From: a virus
Lineage: Duplodnaviria; Caudoviricetes
Reading direction: 5' to 3' (one strand)
Virus record (IMG/VR): IMGVR_UViG_3300020045_005338
Span: 1 to 50,425 of that record
Length of the DNA: 50,425 nucleotides
A program made the translations under genes and the position numbers. Numbering within the stretch: position 1 is the stretch's first letter; each line of letters starts with the position of its first letter. A model generated the notes under the pieces. The model saw only the letters and a list, made by a program, of their open reading frames with translations. It did not search any database and was not told the DNA's origin. Shown here piece by piece: positions 26,973 through 34,457 of this stretch.

Positions 26973-27744
26973 AATACGCCCATATAAACATCTTGTATAA
27001 ACTGTGCATCAAGCATGGCTTAATCCATCTTCTTGAGAAAAGCTCGTAGTTTGAGAGTCTATTTTTGGCATCTCCATGACGCTTTTTAAAAGCTCCAGAC
27101 TTAGAAGGTTGATGTTCAAGCCTGGCATTTCTTGAAAACCAGAGTATGTAGCCAGCTCGTCTGACCTTGAACGATAAATCCGGTTCACTCCAGTCTCCTA
27201 CCCCTTTATAACTTTCATCAAAACCGCCAAGAGAATGAAAGAGTTCAGCACTAAAAGACATATTACAGGCTTCAAGGAAATCGACGGTTCCTTCATAGGA
27301 GCAAGAATCTTCAACCGCTCCTGTTGTCCACGCTCCCGATTTACAGATATGTCCAGGAAAACTTGATCTTCCTTCACAAAAAAACTTATCGTATAAATAC
27401 TTTGCTGGCTTGATACTGAAAATGTCCCGGTTCCGTCGAAATTGTTCAGAGATAAAACTAGTACCTGAAACTCCTCCAATATTTGAGTTGGAATTAAAAG
27501 CCGAAACAATTGACTGGAGCCATCCTGGATCGCAGATAACGTCGTCATCAATGAAAGTGAGAATATCGCCTTTTGCACGTTTCGCACCTTCATTCCTGAG
27601 CTTTGAAAGCTCTCCTTTTTCTGTAACATAAATTATTTCATAGTTCTTATATGTTTGATTCCTGATGGACTGAACGCATCTTTCAAGAGACTCCGCACGC
27701 TCGTATGTCGGGATGATAATGCTAACAAGAGGATATTCCTGCAT
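26959..27744 (-). CDS. Glycosyltransferase family 2
   Basis: VSIIIPTYER, RNEG, FIDDD, ACNMS, GGFDE, EPDL; likely start MQEYP. Confidence 0.92.
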   Translation of the reverse strand: MQEYPLVSIIIPTYERAESLERCVQSIRNQTYKNYEIIYVTEKGELSKLRNEGAKRAKGDILTFIDDDVICDPGWLQSIVSAFNSNSNIGGVSGTSFISEQFRRNRDIFSIKPAKYLYDKFFCEGRSSFPGHICKSGAWTTGAVEDSCSYEGTVDFLEACNMSFSAELFHSLGGFDESYKGVGDWSEPDLSFKVRRAGYILWFSRNARLEHQPSKSGAFKKRHGDAKNRLSNYELFSRRWIKPCLMHSLYKMFIWAYYAIK

Positions 27745-28577
27745 GTTAACAGTCCGTAGGTAATGAGAAATCCGAGGCAGACGGGATAGTGCCAGAACCA
27801 AGCCCAGTCTCTAACTCTTCTAAATCCTTGAATGGATACTGTAATCGGCTCGATAACTGTAACAACAAAGAACGCAAAGAGGAAAAGCCTCCAGTAATCT
27901 TCTCTTCCATCAACCATTTTCCATCTTCGGTTTTTACGGTCACAATATAATTCTTTTGCATATTTATACCTCTTCTTTAAAAAGGTTAGAAGATTGTCTG
28001 ACGTTCTATGCCAAATCCCGGATGAATCAAGAGCTAGAAAATGGCCTTTTACTTCCATGGCATTATCCATGGGATAATAGTTATCGAGGTCTGTCTCCTT
28101 TATTAGGTCTGATCTATAGAAAAATCCATTGCAACCATAGGAAGGAGGGTAGCTCGCCGTCCTAGCAAGAGACTCTTCATAGGGATCTCTATCATTCTTT
28201 CCAAGGTAATAACAAACCGGGTCATTCCCGCCAATTAACGAGAAATATCTATTGAGTGAGTTGTCGGTAGATACATAAGCATATTTGCTCGGAAATACTG
28301 CCGAATATCCTGTATTAATTGCTTCATAAACTCTAGAGAATAAATCCTTTTCTGTAATGTAGTTGTCTGCACAAAACATTGCACAAATCTGGCCTTCAGC
28401 CTTCCTGATTCCCATGGCCTTAGCCGACTCAGAGTCTCCCTCAGTAATTATTATAATTTCAACATATTCCTGGGGAAAGTCTTGGAACCTGATCGAATCA
28501 ATTAATTCTTTTAGTTTAGTGCTACTAGCATCTTTTGGAGACGCCGGAATAACACAACTAAAAATGATGTCACTCAT
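27633..28577 (-). CDS. GT2-like glycosyltransferase with C-terminal membrane segments
   Basis: SCVIP, SIRFQDFP..VEIII, CADN, GCNGF; hydrophobic C-terminus. Confidence 0.8.
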   Translation of the reverse strand: MSDIIFSCVIPASPKDASSTKLKELIDSIRFQDFPQEYVEIIIITEGDSESAKAMGIRKAEGQICAMFCADNYITEKDLFSRVYEAINTGYSAVFPSKYAYVSTDNSLNRYFSLIGGNDPVCYYLGKNDRDPYEESLARTASYPPSYGCNGFFYRSDLIKETDLDNYYPMDNAMEVKGHFLALDSSGIWHRTSDNLLTFLKKRYKYAKELYCDRKNRRWKMVDGREDYWRLFLFAFFVVTVIEPITVSIQGFRRVRDWAWFWHYPVCLGFLITYGLLTCRNILLLALSSRHTSVRSLLKDAFSPSGIKHIRTMK

Positions 28578-30211
28578 TATTTAACAGGTGGTTGGATAGC
28601 CTTTGATTGAGCGATTAATTTTTCAAGGTCAGCAAGCTCTTTTTCCCATCTTTCCTTGAAATGGACGGTCTTACATTTAAGACAGTTTTTAAGGAATTCA
28701 CGAGCTTCTGAAATTTGTCCAGTGGATCGAAATACCGAATAAAGGTTGTACCACGGCACATCATAGAATGGATTGATTTTGGTGGCGTCAATCCAGGTTT
28801 CAATGGCTTTCCCAGTCTTTCCAGCATTCACATAAACAACGCCAAGATTTCCAAGGCTAACTTCACTTTTTTGAAAGTTCAGAAAGTTGGATAGATAGAA
28901 GGATTCCTGGTCTTTAAATGTCCACAAGTGGCACATGGTTCGGCCAATGTAGAACCCCGCAATTAGATTCAAGATTGAGGATGGCAGTAGATAAGCCAGT
29001 ATCAAGCAAAACCCAAGCGATGGAATGAAGATGTAGCGGTCTACAACAAACTGATTTGCTGTGATTAAGTTTGAGAAAATTAGCCAGTAGATGATCATCC
29101 AAATGATGCCTAGTTTAATAGGTAATGGACAGACGAAAGCCATAAAAATTAGGCTTAAAAAGGAGATTAATCCAAACCAGAAGTTAGCATCAATGCGTTC
29201 CATGGTCTCATCATAGTGATAGCCGTATTCATGGTATAAGCCAAGATTGAACGGAAACAACATTAATTTGACGTAATACCAGAATGTTTTCATGGCTACA
29301 ATAGGCTTTCGTTTGCTAAGGAAGGTAGTCTTCTCCATGTTCTGCTCTTTAAAATTAGTCTTCCTTAAAGAAATAGCTCCTAGGCCGTCTCTGGCGAATA
29401 CGAGAAGAGAAGCGATCAGGGATGTAAAGGCTTCCCAATTTCGACCTAGGAGAAGGAGTATGACCCAGTTTAAAGAGCCTGGGAGTAGAGTCATACTCGA
29501 CGCAAAAGAAAGGAATAAGGTAAGAGGAATGAGGATGTAATAGCTTTGAATGTGCTGGGTTATAACAAGGTTGATGAGACAAAACATTAGTGAGTAAAGA
29601 TAGTTGATGCCGCTAATCCAAGCCACGGTTTGGCAGGAAAGCGGGTTTACTGCAAAAAGAAGCGATGCATAGAAGGCTACGGTGCTTCCAAATAGATGGG
29701 TTAAGAAGGCATAAACCAAGGTAATGTTAATGGACTGGATAAATAGTGACCATAGATGATGGCGAAACGGGTCTTGAACTAAGCCAAACACATCATGGCC
29801 GTGCTTATTCTTGCCAATTGCTTGGAACTTCTTTCCAATGTTGACTCGGTGCCAACGCATGAATGAGCCGGGAAATCCAAGATGACGGTTGTAATCAGTG
29901 TTTTTGTAGGTGTGGACTACTTGCTGGCCTTTATCATCCTTGCCTAAATCATGGTTGTAATAATCAACCTTGAGCTCTGGAATGATCTCGCCTTCTGTCG
30001 TGTCATAGTTAGGAGACCCATGCTGGATAACCTTGCCGTCTGCAAGCTTCTTTTGCTCCGGCCTGAATTTATCAGAAAATGGAGCAATTCCCATATCGTC
30101 ATCAATGAGAAATTTTCCGCTCAATGATTTGTGCCAAGTAAATATAAAAATTGATAATAATGCAATGATGTGGAAGGTTTGTGAGGTAAGATAGCTGGCA
30201 AGGATATCCAT
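28577..30211 (-). CDS. TMTC-like GT-C membrane glycosyltransferase with C-terminal TPRs
   Basis: FLIDD acidic loop after TM1, LFAVNP, VAWISG, YYVKLMLFP, DRYIFIP; TPR-like NLGVVY...WYNL. Confidence 0.85.
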   Translation of the reverse strand: MDILASYLTSQTFHIIALLSIFIFTWHKSLSGKFLIDDDMGIAPFSDKFRPEQKKLADGKVIQHGSPNYDTTEGEIIPELKVDYYNHDLGKDDKGQQVVHTYKNTDYNRHLGFPGSFMRWHRVNIGKKFQAIGKNKHGHDVFGLVQDPFRHHLWSLFIQSINITLVYAFLTHLFGSTVAFYASLLFAVNPLSCQTVAWISGINYLYSLMFCLINLVITQHIQSYYILIPLTLFLSFASSMTLLPGSLNWVILLLLGRNWEAFTSLIASLLVFARDGLGAISLRKTNFKEQNMEKTTFLSKRKPIVAMKTFWYYVKLMLFPFNLGLYHEYGYHYDETMERIDANFWFGLISFLSLIFMAFVCPLPIKLGIIWMIIYWLIFSNLITANQFVVDRYIFIPSLGFCLILAYLLPSSILNLIAGFYIGRTMCHLWTFKDQESFYLSNFLNFQKSEVSLGNLGVVYVNAGKTGKAIETWIDATKINPFYDVPWYNLYSVFRSTGQISEAREFLKNCLKCKTVHFKERWEKELADLEKLIAQSKAIQPPVK

Positions 30212-30218
30212 GTAGTAG

Positions 30219-30247
30219 CTTGTAACACATCAATGATTAATTGTCAA
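30219..30247 (-). promoter_or_regulatory. Possible promoter for the minus-strand glycan operon, possibly leaderless
   Basis: TTGACA-17 nt-TACAAG with TGn; ATG 7 nt after the -10; no SD. The -10 is imperfect. Confidence 0.45.
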
Positions 30248-30302
30248 GCTTATTATTACTAAAGGTAACATTTGGATGAGGGCTCTGCCCTCAAACTCCC
30301 GC

Positions 30303-30401
30303 CCCAACGGAGCTTACCCGAAAGATAAAAAACCAACCCTTGACAAATAACCACTTTGTGGTAGTATGCATCTACCCAACGGACTTATACCGAAAGGTAA
30401 A
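30303..30401 (+). repeat. Imperfect direct repeat flanking a promoter
   Basis: CCCAACGGAGCTTACCCGAAAGATAAA (~30303-30329) and CCCAACGGACTTATACCGAAAGGTAAA (~30375-30401). Confidence 0.75.
30340..30367 (+). promoter_or_regulatory. Sigma70-type promoter on the plus strand
   Basis: TTGACA-16 nt-TAGTAT; shares TTGTGGTAGTATGC with the promoter at 5318. Confidence 0.75.
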
Positions 30402-30413
30402 GTTCAAGATTTA

Positions 30414-30449
30414 CCCCAGATTCAGAAATGAGTTTGGGGTTTTTTCTTT
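30414..30449 (+). terminator. Rho-independent terminator/attenuator
   Basis: CCCCAGATTCA-GAAA-TGAGTTTGGGG followed by TTTTTTCTTT. Confidence 0.85.
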
Positions 30450-30472
30450 GAGAATCTTAAAAGGAGATCTGC

Positions 30473-30553
30473 ATGAAAATAGATAGTTGGTCTATTTTAG
30501 AATTTTTCGCTTTTGGTTTTGGAGCAGGGATTGTTTTGGCTATTTTATTTTAA
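30473..30553 (+). CDS. 26-aa hydrophobic peptide
   Basis: Not in track; AAGGAG RBS; MKIDSWSILEFFAFGFGAGIVLAILF; stop overlaps the stop of the convergent gene. Confidence 0.55.
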   Translation: MKIDSWSILEFFAFGFGAGIVLAILF

Positions 30554-31458
30554 TCGCTAATTAAATCCCAAGCGGCTTTACCTCCGGCAACAGTAGCCGC
30601 TCCAGACACTGCTCTTTTAAGAATCTTTTTACCAAATCCATCCTTTGAAGATATTTCCTTAAGAAGCTTGCTCTTATTTGCACTGTTTTTAACAAACTCT
30701 GGAACCCCTAATTTATTAGCCATTTCATCAAATTTTCCTGAAGCATATCTATTTACTTCTTTAGCGGCTTTAACAAGACGTGGATTAGCTCCTGGATCTT
30801 TCCCAAACTTTGCAACATGACCAAAACTTGTCTCAATTTCTTCAATTATATTAGCATTAACAAAGTCATCAGGATGATTAGATAACTTTTTAATCCAGTC
30901 TTTAAATAATGTTGCCTGTGGCCCCTTCTGAAGAGTTGAAGAAGCTAATCCTTTTTCTAAAACCTCCAATATTTCTGTCCTAGGAATAGAAGGACGATAA
31001 TCAGACGCCGATCTTTTAATTACTTCTTGGATTGATTTACTTAGAGCGCTAGATGCTTCAGGTAATGCTTTCTTAGCAATCTGCTTACCAAATAATGCAC
31101 CAATTCCAGCTTTCCCTAATGACATCCCGCCCTTAACTGCTCCAATTCCAATAGGAATAAAAGGAGCTACCTTTCCTAATGTTGTTTGTGGCTCAGGGAT
31201 ATCAAATGCTGGATCTGGCAATGTTCCAGTAGCTAACCTTTGTCCATATTCTGCTGGGCCAGCAATAGGAGATCTTGTTAATTCTCTAAACATTTGAGGA
31301 AGCGGGAATGTCAATCCAGCACCAATAGCTGGCAAATCTTTTACCACGCTTTGAAGCAAAGGCTCAGTTTTTGCTATTTCCTTCTTAATATAAGGTTCTT
31401 GATTTAAAGAACTAAGCTTAATTCTTTGCTTACCTCCTGTAATCTCACTAAGCTTCAT
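30550..31458 (-). CDS. Putative ejection/internal virion protein
   Basis: Helical, K/A/G-rich; last gene of the post-tail block. Confidence 0.55.
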   Translation of the reverse strand: MKLSEITGGKQRIKLSSLNQEPYIKKEIAKTEPLLQSVVKDLPAIGAGLTFPLPQMFRELTRSPIAGPAEYGQRLATGTLPDPAFDIPEPQTTLGKVAPFIPIGIGAVKGGMSLGKAGIGALFGKQIAKKALPEASSALSKSIQEVIKRSASDYRPSIPRTEILEVLEKGLASSTLQKGPQATLFKDWIKKLSNHPDDFVNANIIEEIETSFGHVAKFGKDPGANPRLVKAAKEVNRYASGKFDEMANKLGVPEFVKNSANKSKLLKEISSKDGFGKKILKRAVSGAATVAGGKAAWDLISD

Positions 31459-32288
31459 TACACCACCTCTTCAAGATCTGGGTCTAATGGATTAGACACA
31501 TCAACAACTTTATAATCTTTACCATTCAAAGAAACTATCTGTCCTAAATTGTATACTTTACTAGTAGGATTTGAATTTGAAATATTACCATTAGTGGTTG
31601 TAGGCGAGTTATTAGTATCTCCAATCGGGGAATAATCTCTTCCCTGTAAAGCAACATTCTTTTTAAGTCTCAATATCTTGATAGCTTCAGACAAATCATT
31701 TTTAATCTGATTATCGCCTTTTCCAAGAAGAGACAACCCTCCTTTAACAACCTGGAGTTCCGTAGGAGTTAAATTCTTTCCGCCTTCTGAAAATGCGTAT
31801 TTAGCAATTTCATTAACATTCGAAGCCAGGGTTTCAAGGTCTGAATCATCTGGAGTTGCTAACCTTCTTTTCCAATCACCTCCACCTTCAGCTAAAAAAG
31901 AATTATACGGCCTTTGAAAGAAACCTTTTCCAAGAACACCTTTGTCTATCAATGCTGAAATACTAGCTACCAATGGTTCAAACTTATCAGCACCAACAAC
32001 GGCATCAACCTCGCTTGATGTGAATGGTTTATTAAGAGGAGCTGTTAACCCATCTACGTTATAACTTGTTCCAGGTGGAATGTTTCCACCAAACTGATTT
32101 TTAACATCTTGTATATTGCTTCCAAGATTTCCCCTTCTTTGATCTTCCATTTTTTTCTTTAAATCTGCAATTCCTTGAGCCTTTATCATAGCTACAGCGA
32201 TTCTATCTTCTAAAGACCCAGAATTATTAGATTTAGGAGGGCTAGGCGAGCTTTGATTAAAACCAAACTTTTTAGATGAAATTGGCAT
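31458..32288 (-). CDS. Putative ejection/internal virion protein
   Basis: Position; GKNLTPTE motif; C-terminal YNLGQIV..NGKDYKVV. Confidence 0.55.
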   Translation of the reverse strand: MPISSKKFGFNQSSPSPPKSNNSGSLEDRIAVAMIKAQGIADLKKKMEDQRRGNLGSNIQDVKNQFGGNIPPGTSYNVDGLTAPLNKPFTSSEVDAVVGADKFEPLVASISALIDKGVLGKGFFQRPYNSFLAEGGGDWKRRLATPDDSDLETLASNVNEIAKYAFSEGGKNLTPTELQVVKGGLSLLGKGDNQIKNDLSEAIKILRLKKNVALQGRDYSPIGDTNNSPTTTNGNISNSNPTSKVYNLGQIVSLNGKDYKVVDVSNPLDPDLEEVV

Positions 32289-32290
32289 AA

Positions 32291-33280
32291 TTATTCTCCT
32301 TCACTAGATGAAAATGGATTCATTCCCATCTGTCCATAAGCTAAGTTTCCGCCAAAACCAAGAAGATAATCTCTCAAATATTTCTTGTCGTTATAATCTA
32401 ATGCAGTCTGGTTCATAAGCTGATCAATATCGATCTGTCCAGCCTGAGCTAATTGATTAAGCCTGTTAATATCCATTCCTTGAGAAGCCGCAATTTGCTG
32501 TGCCCTCTGAGTCTGGAAATCATTGTAGACCTGGCGATTAAGCTGTGCCGCGATATCAGCCTTAGACCTTGCATACCTATCATTAAGCAAAGATACATCT
32601 CTAGCATAGCTAGAATCTGTCGTGACATCAGTCCCAGGACGTAAACTCTTGTAAGTCCCGGTAAGCTGTCTCATCTCGTCTTCTTGGCTTTGCTGAAGCT
32701 GTCTTAATGCCGCATCAATCTCGGCTTGCTGGACTTGAGGAAGCTGTTGATTAAGCTGTTCGGTCAACCTTTGCTGTCCTAAATTTCCAATCTGGCTTCC
32801 ACTTCTTGCTTGATTCTGAAAATCAATAACGCTTTGAGGGAGTTGATTTCCTTGTGGAACTTTTGGAGACTTCAAGAACTGACTCCCAAGCATTGTTCCA
32901 AGCCCTGCTAACAAAGTATTATTCTTTCCACCAAAAATAGAGCTAAGCAACCCGCCTTGAGAAGACTGTTGTTTAGCCGGAGTATTCATTTGGTTCTGAT
33001 AGGCCAGCTGTTGTGGATTAAAAAAGCTCGTCTTCATACCAGGAACACTAGTATTTTGAATCTTTGGAGATGCCGTTGCCGCATAAGCATTGCTTCCTCC
33101 AAAAATATTGCCAAGTCCTCCCATCAAGCTTTTTCCTACTGAAGCAAATGGATTTGAGCCGCCACTTACTCCTCCACCAATGGCACTACCAGCCGCCGCT
33201 CCAACTGGGCCTCCGAACATCCCGCCAACAACAGGAGCCGCAATTCCAAACAACTGTTTAAAAAAGTTATTCGACGCCAT
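32291..33280 (-). CDS. Putative DNA pilot/ejection protein
   Basis: Gly-zipper N-terminus (GGPVGAAAGSAIGG) and Q-rich helical C-terminus. Confidence 0.65.
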   Translation of the reverse strand: MASNNFFKQLFGIAAPVVGGMFGGPVGAAAGSAIGGGVSGGSNPFASVGKSLMGGLGNIFGGSNAYAATASPKIQNTSVPGMKTSFFNPQQLAYQNQMNTPAKQQSSQGGLLSSIFGGKNNTLLAGLGTMLGSQFLKSPKVPQGNQLPQSVIDFQNQARSGSQIGNLGQQRLTEQLNQQLPQVQQAEIDAALRQLQQSQEDEMRQLTGTYKSLRPGTDVTTDSSYARDVSLLNDRYARSKADIAAQLNRQVYNDFQTQRAQQIAASQGMDINRLNQLAQAGQIDIDQLMNQTALDYNDKKYLRDYLLGFGGNLAYGQMGMNPFSSSEGE

Positions 33281-33289
33281 GATTTCTCC

Positions 33290-33904
33290 TTAAAAAGTAA
33301 GTGTTCTTCCAGCCGGGGCTCCAAACTGGAATCGTTGTTGCTCTGATAGGAATGAATTGCTTTGAGAATTCTGATTCAAGCTTTGATTAAGCCCGGAAAA
33401 CGAAGAAGAGTCCTGGTTTCCATAAGTTGAATAACCAGCTGATTGGCCTCCTTGAGAACCGCCGCCTTGAGATCCGGCAGACATAGAAAAAGGATTCATT
33501 GATCCAAGGAATGACTGGCCTTGATCTTGAGGCTCTTGAGGTTTTGCTCCAAAAAGTCCGCCAATATCAAACTTATTTTCTTTTCTTCCAAGGTTAAAAA
33601 CTCCTCCAGTTTGACCGCCGCTAATCAAGCCACCTGTTATAAACGGAAGAAACATTTCTTTAAAGAATTTCTTGTGGCGGATTCCGTTTTCGTCTTCATC
33701 CGTTGCTTCTTTTTCAACAATGTGGGAAATTTCATGATCCATTAAATATTCGTTAACCTTGGAGTATCCAGTATCGCGGATATAAATAGACTTATTGTAA
33801 GGATTATAAAATCCGAGTGAGTCACTGATGTCGGAACCTCTAGTGATTTCTTCCGGCAAACTATCAAAATCTTCATTCCTCAAGAACTTTATTTGGTATG
33901 ACAT
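33290..33904 (-). CDS. Putative virion protein with HExxH domain and G/S/Q-rich tail
   Basis: LGFY...IYIR...LMDHEISH; low-complexity C-terminus. Confidence 0.6.
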   Translation of the reverse strand: MSYQIKFLRNEDFDSLPEEITRGSDISDSLGFYNPYNKSIYIRDTGYSKVNEYLMDHEISHIVEKEATDEDENGIRHKKFFKEMFLPFITGGLISGGQTGGVFNLGRKENKFDIGGLFGAKPQEPQDQGQSFLGSMNPFSMSAGSQGGGSQGGQSAGYSTYGNQDSSSFSGLNQSLNQNSQSNSFLSEQQRFQFGAPAGRTLTF

Positions 33905-34281
33905 AAATCCTTTCTCCTTACTTTAAGTACAGTTTCTTTATAATTTTTGTCTCTCACCCAGATCGCATATTCAAAGTGAGGAAAATTGTTTTGTAATGCT
34001 TCTTCTACGGATTTCCTTAATGATTTTGTCCACCTGCTACAAACCATCTTTTCGATGACTAAATACTTTCCTTCAGGGTCATGGAATTTATATCTCCATA
34101 AATCCTTGTTTATAAATTGCAAGTAATCGTCCGTGATTGAAAAAACAAGAACGCACCAATCGATGCCGTCATCGACGCAAACAATCCTGTTATCATCGGC
34201 CATCATCTTTCGATAGTTTAAAGCGTGAATGCGTACTGAATCTTCCACGTCGTCCGTCCATCCGTTGTACACATGTAACAA
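33889..34281 (-). CDS. Hypothetical protein (position typical of GNAT-fold assembly factor)
   Basis: Between nozzle and ejection genes; start uncertain (34206 possible). Confidence 0.5.
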   Translation of the reverse strand: MLHVYNGWTDDVEDSVRIHALNYRKMMADDNRIVCVDDGIDWCVLVFSITDDYLQFINKDLWRYKFHDPEGKYLVIEKMVCSRWTKSLRKSVEEALQNNFPHFEYAIWVRDKNYKETVLKVRRKDLCHTK

Positions 34282-34457
34282 GCTCCGGTATTTGTTGCAA
34301 AAACTACAACTTCTTCACCTTTTCTTCCGGCCCATGTTGGGGGCGAAGTAACAATCGGCTTCTGATACTTTCCGTAATTAAGCAATGTTCTGATGTCTTC
34401 AAGCAAATCAATGGCTTCTTGCGGAAGCTCATGAACATCATAAGCATTGATTTTCAT
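34218..34457 (-). CDS. Small tail-associated protein
   Basis: TAATG coupling to the nozzle gene. Confidence 0.6.
   Translation of the reverse strand: MKINAYDVHELPQEAIDLLEDIRTLLNYGKYQKPIVTSPPTWAGRKGEEVVVFATNTGACYMCTTDGRTTWKIQYAFTL

Noticed and set aside
12442-30211. Island as a DNA hypermodification system
   Set aside because: No DNA polymerase, nucleotide kinase, thymidylate synthase/hydroxymethylase or TET/JBP gene seen, and GT-C, polyprenol-P GT and deacetylase point to envelope or protein glycans. A role for one soluble GT on DNA cannot be excluded without nucleoside analysis.
30303-30401. Mini-CRISPR array or known riboswitch
   Set aside because: Only two imperfect copies, the spacer is a promoter, and there is no cas operon; I could not match the RNA to c-di-GMP, glutamine or other riboswitch consensus by eye.
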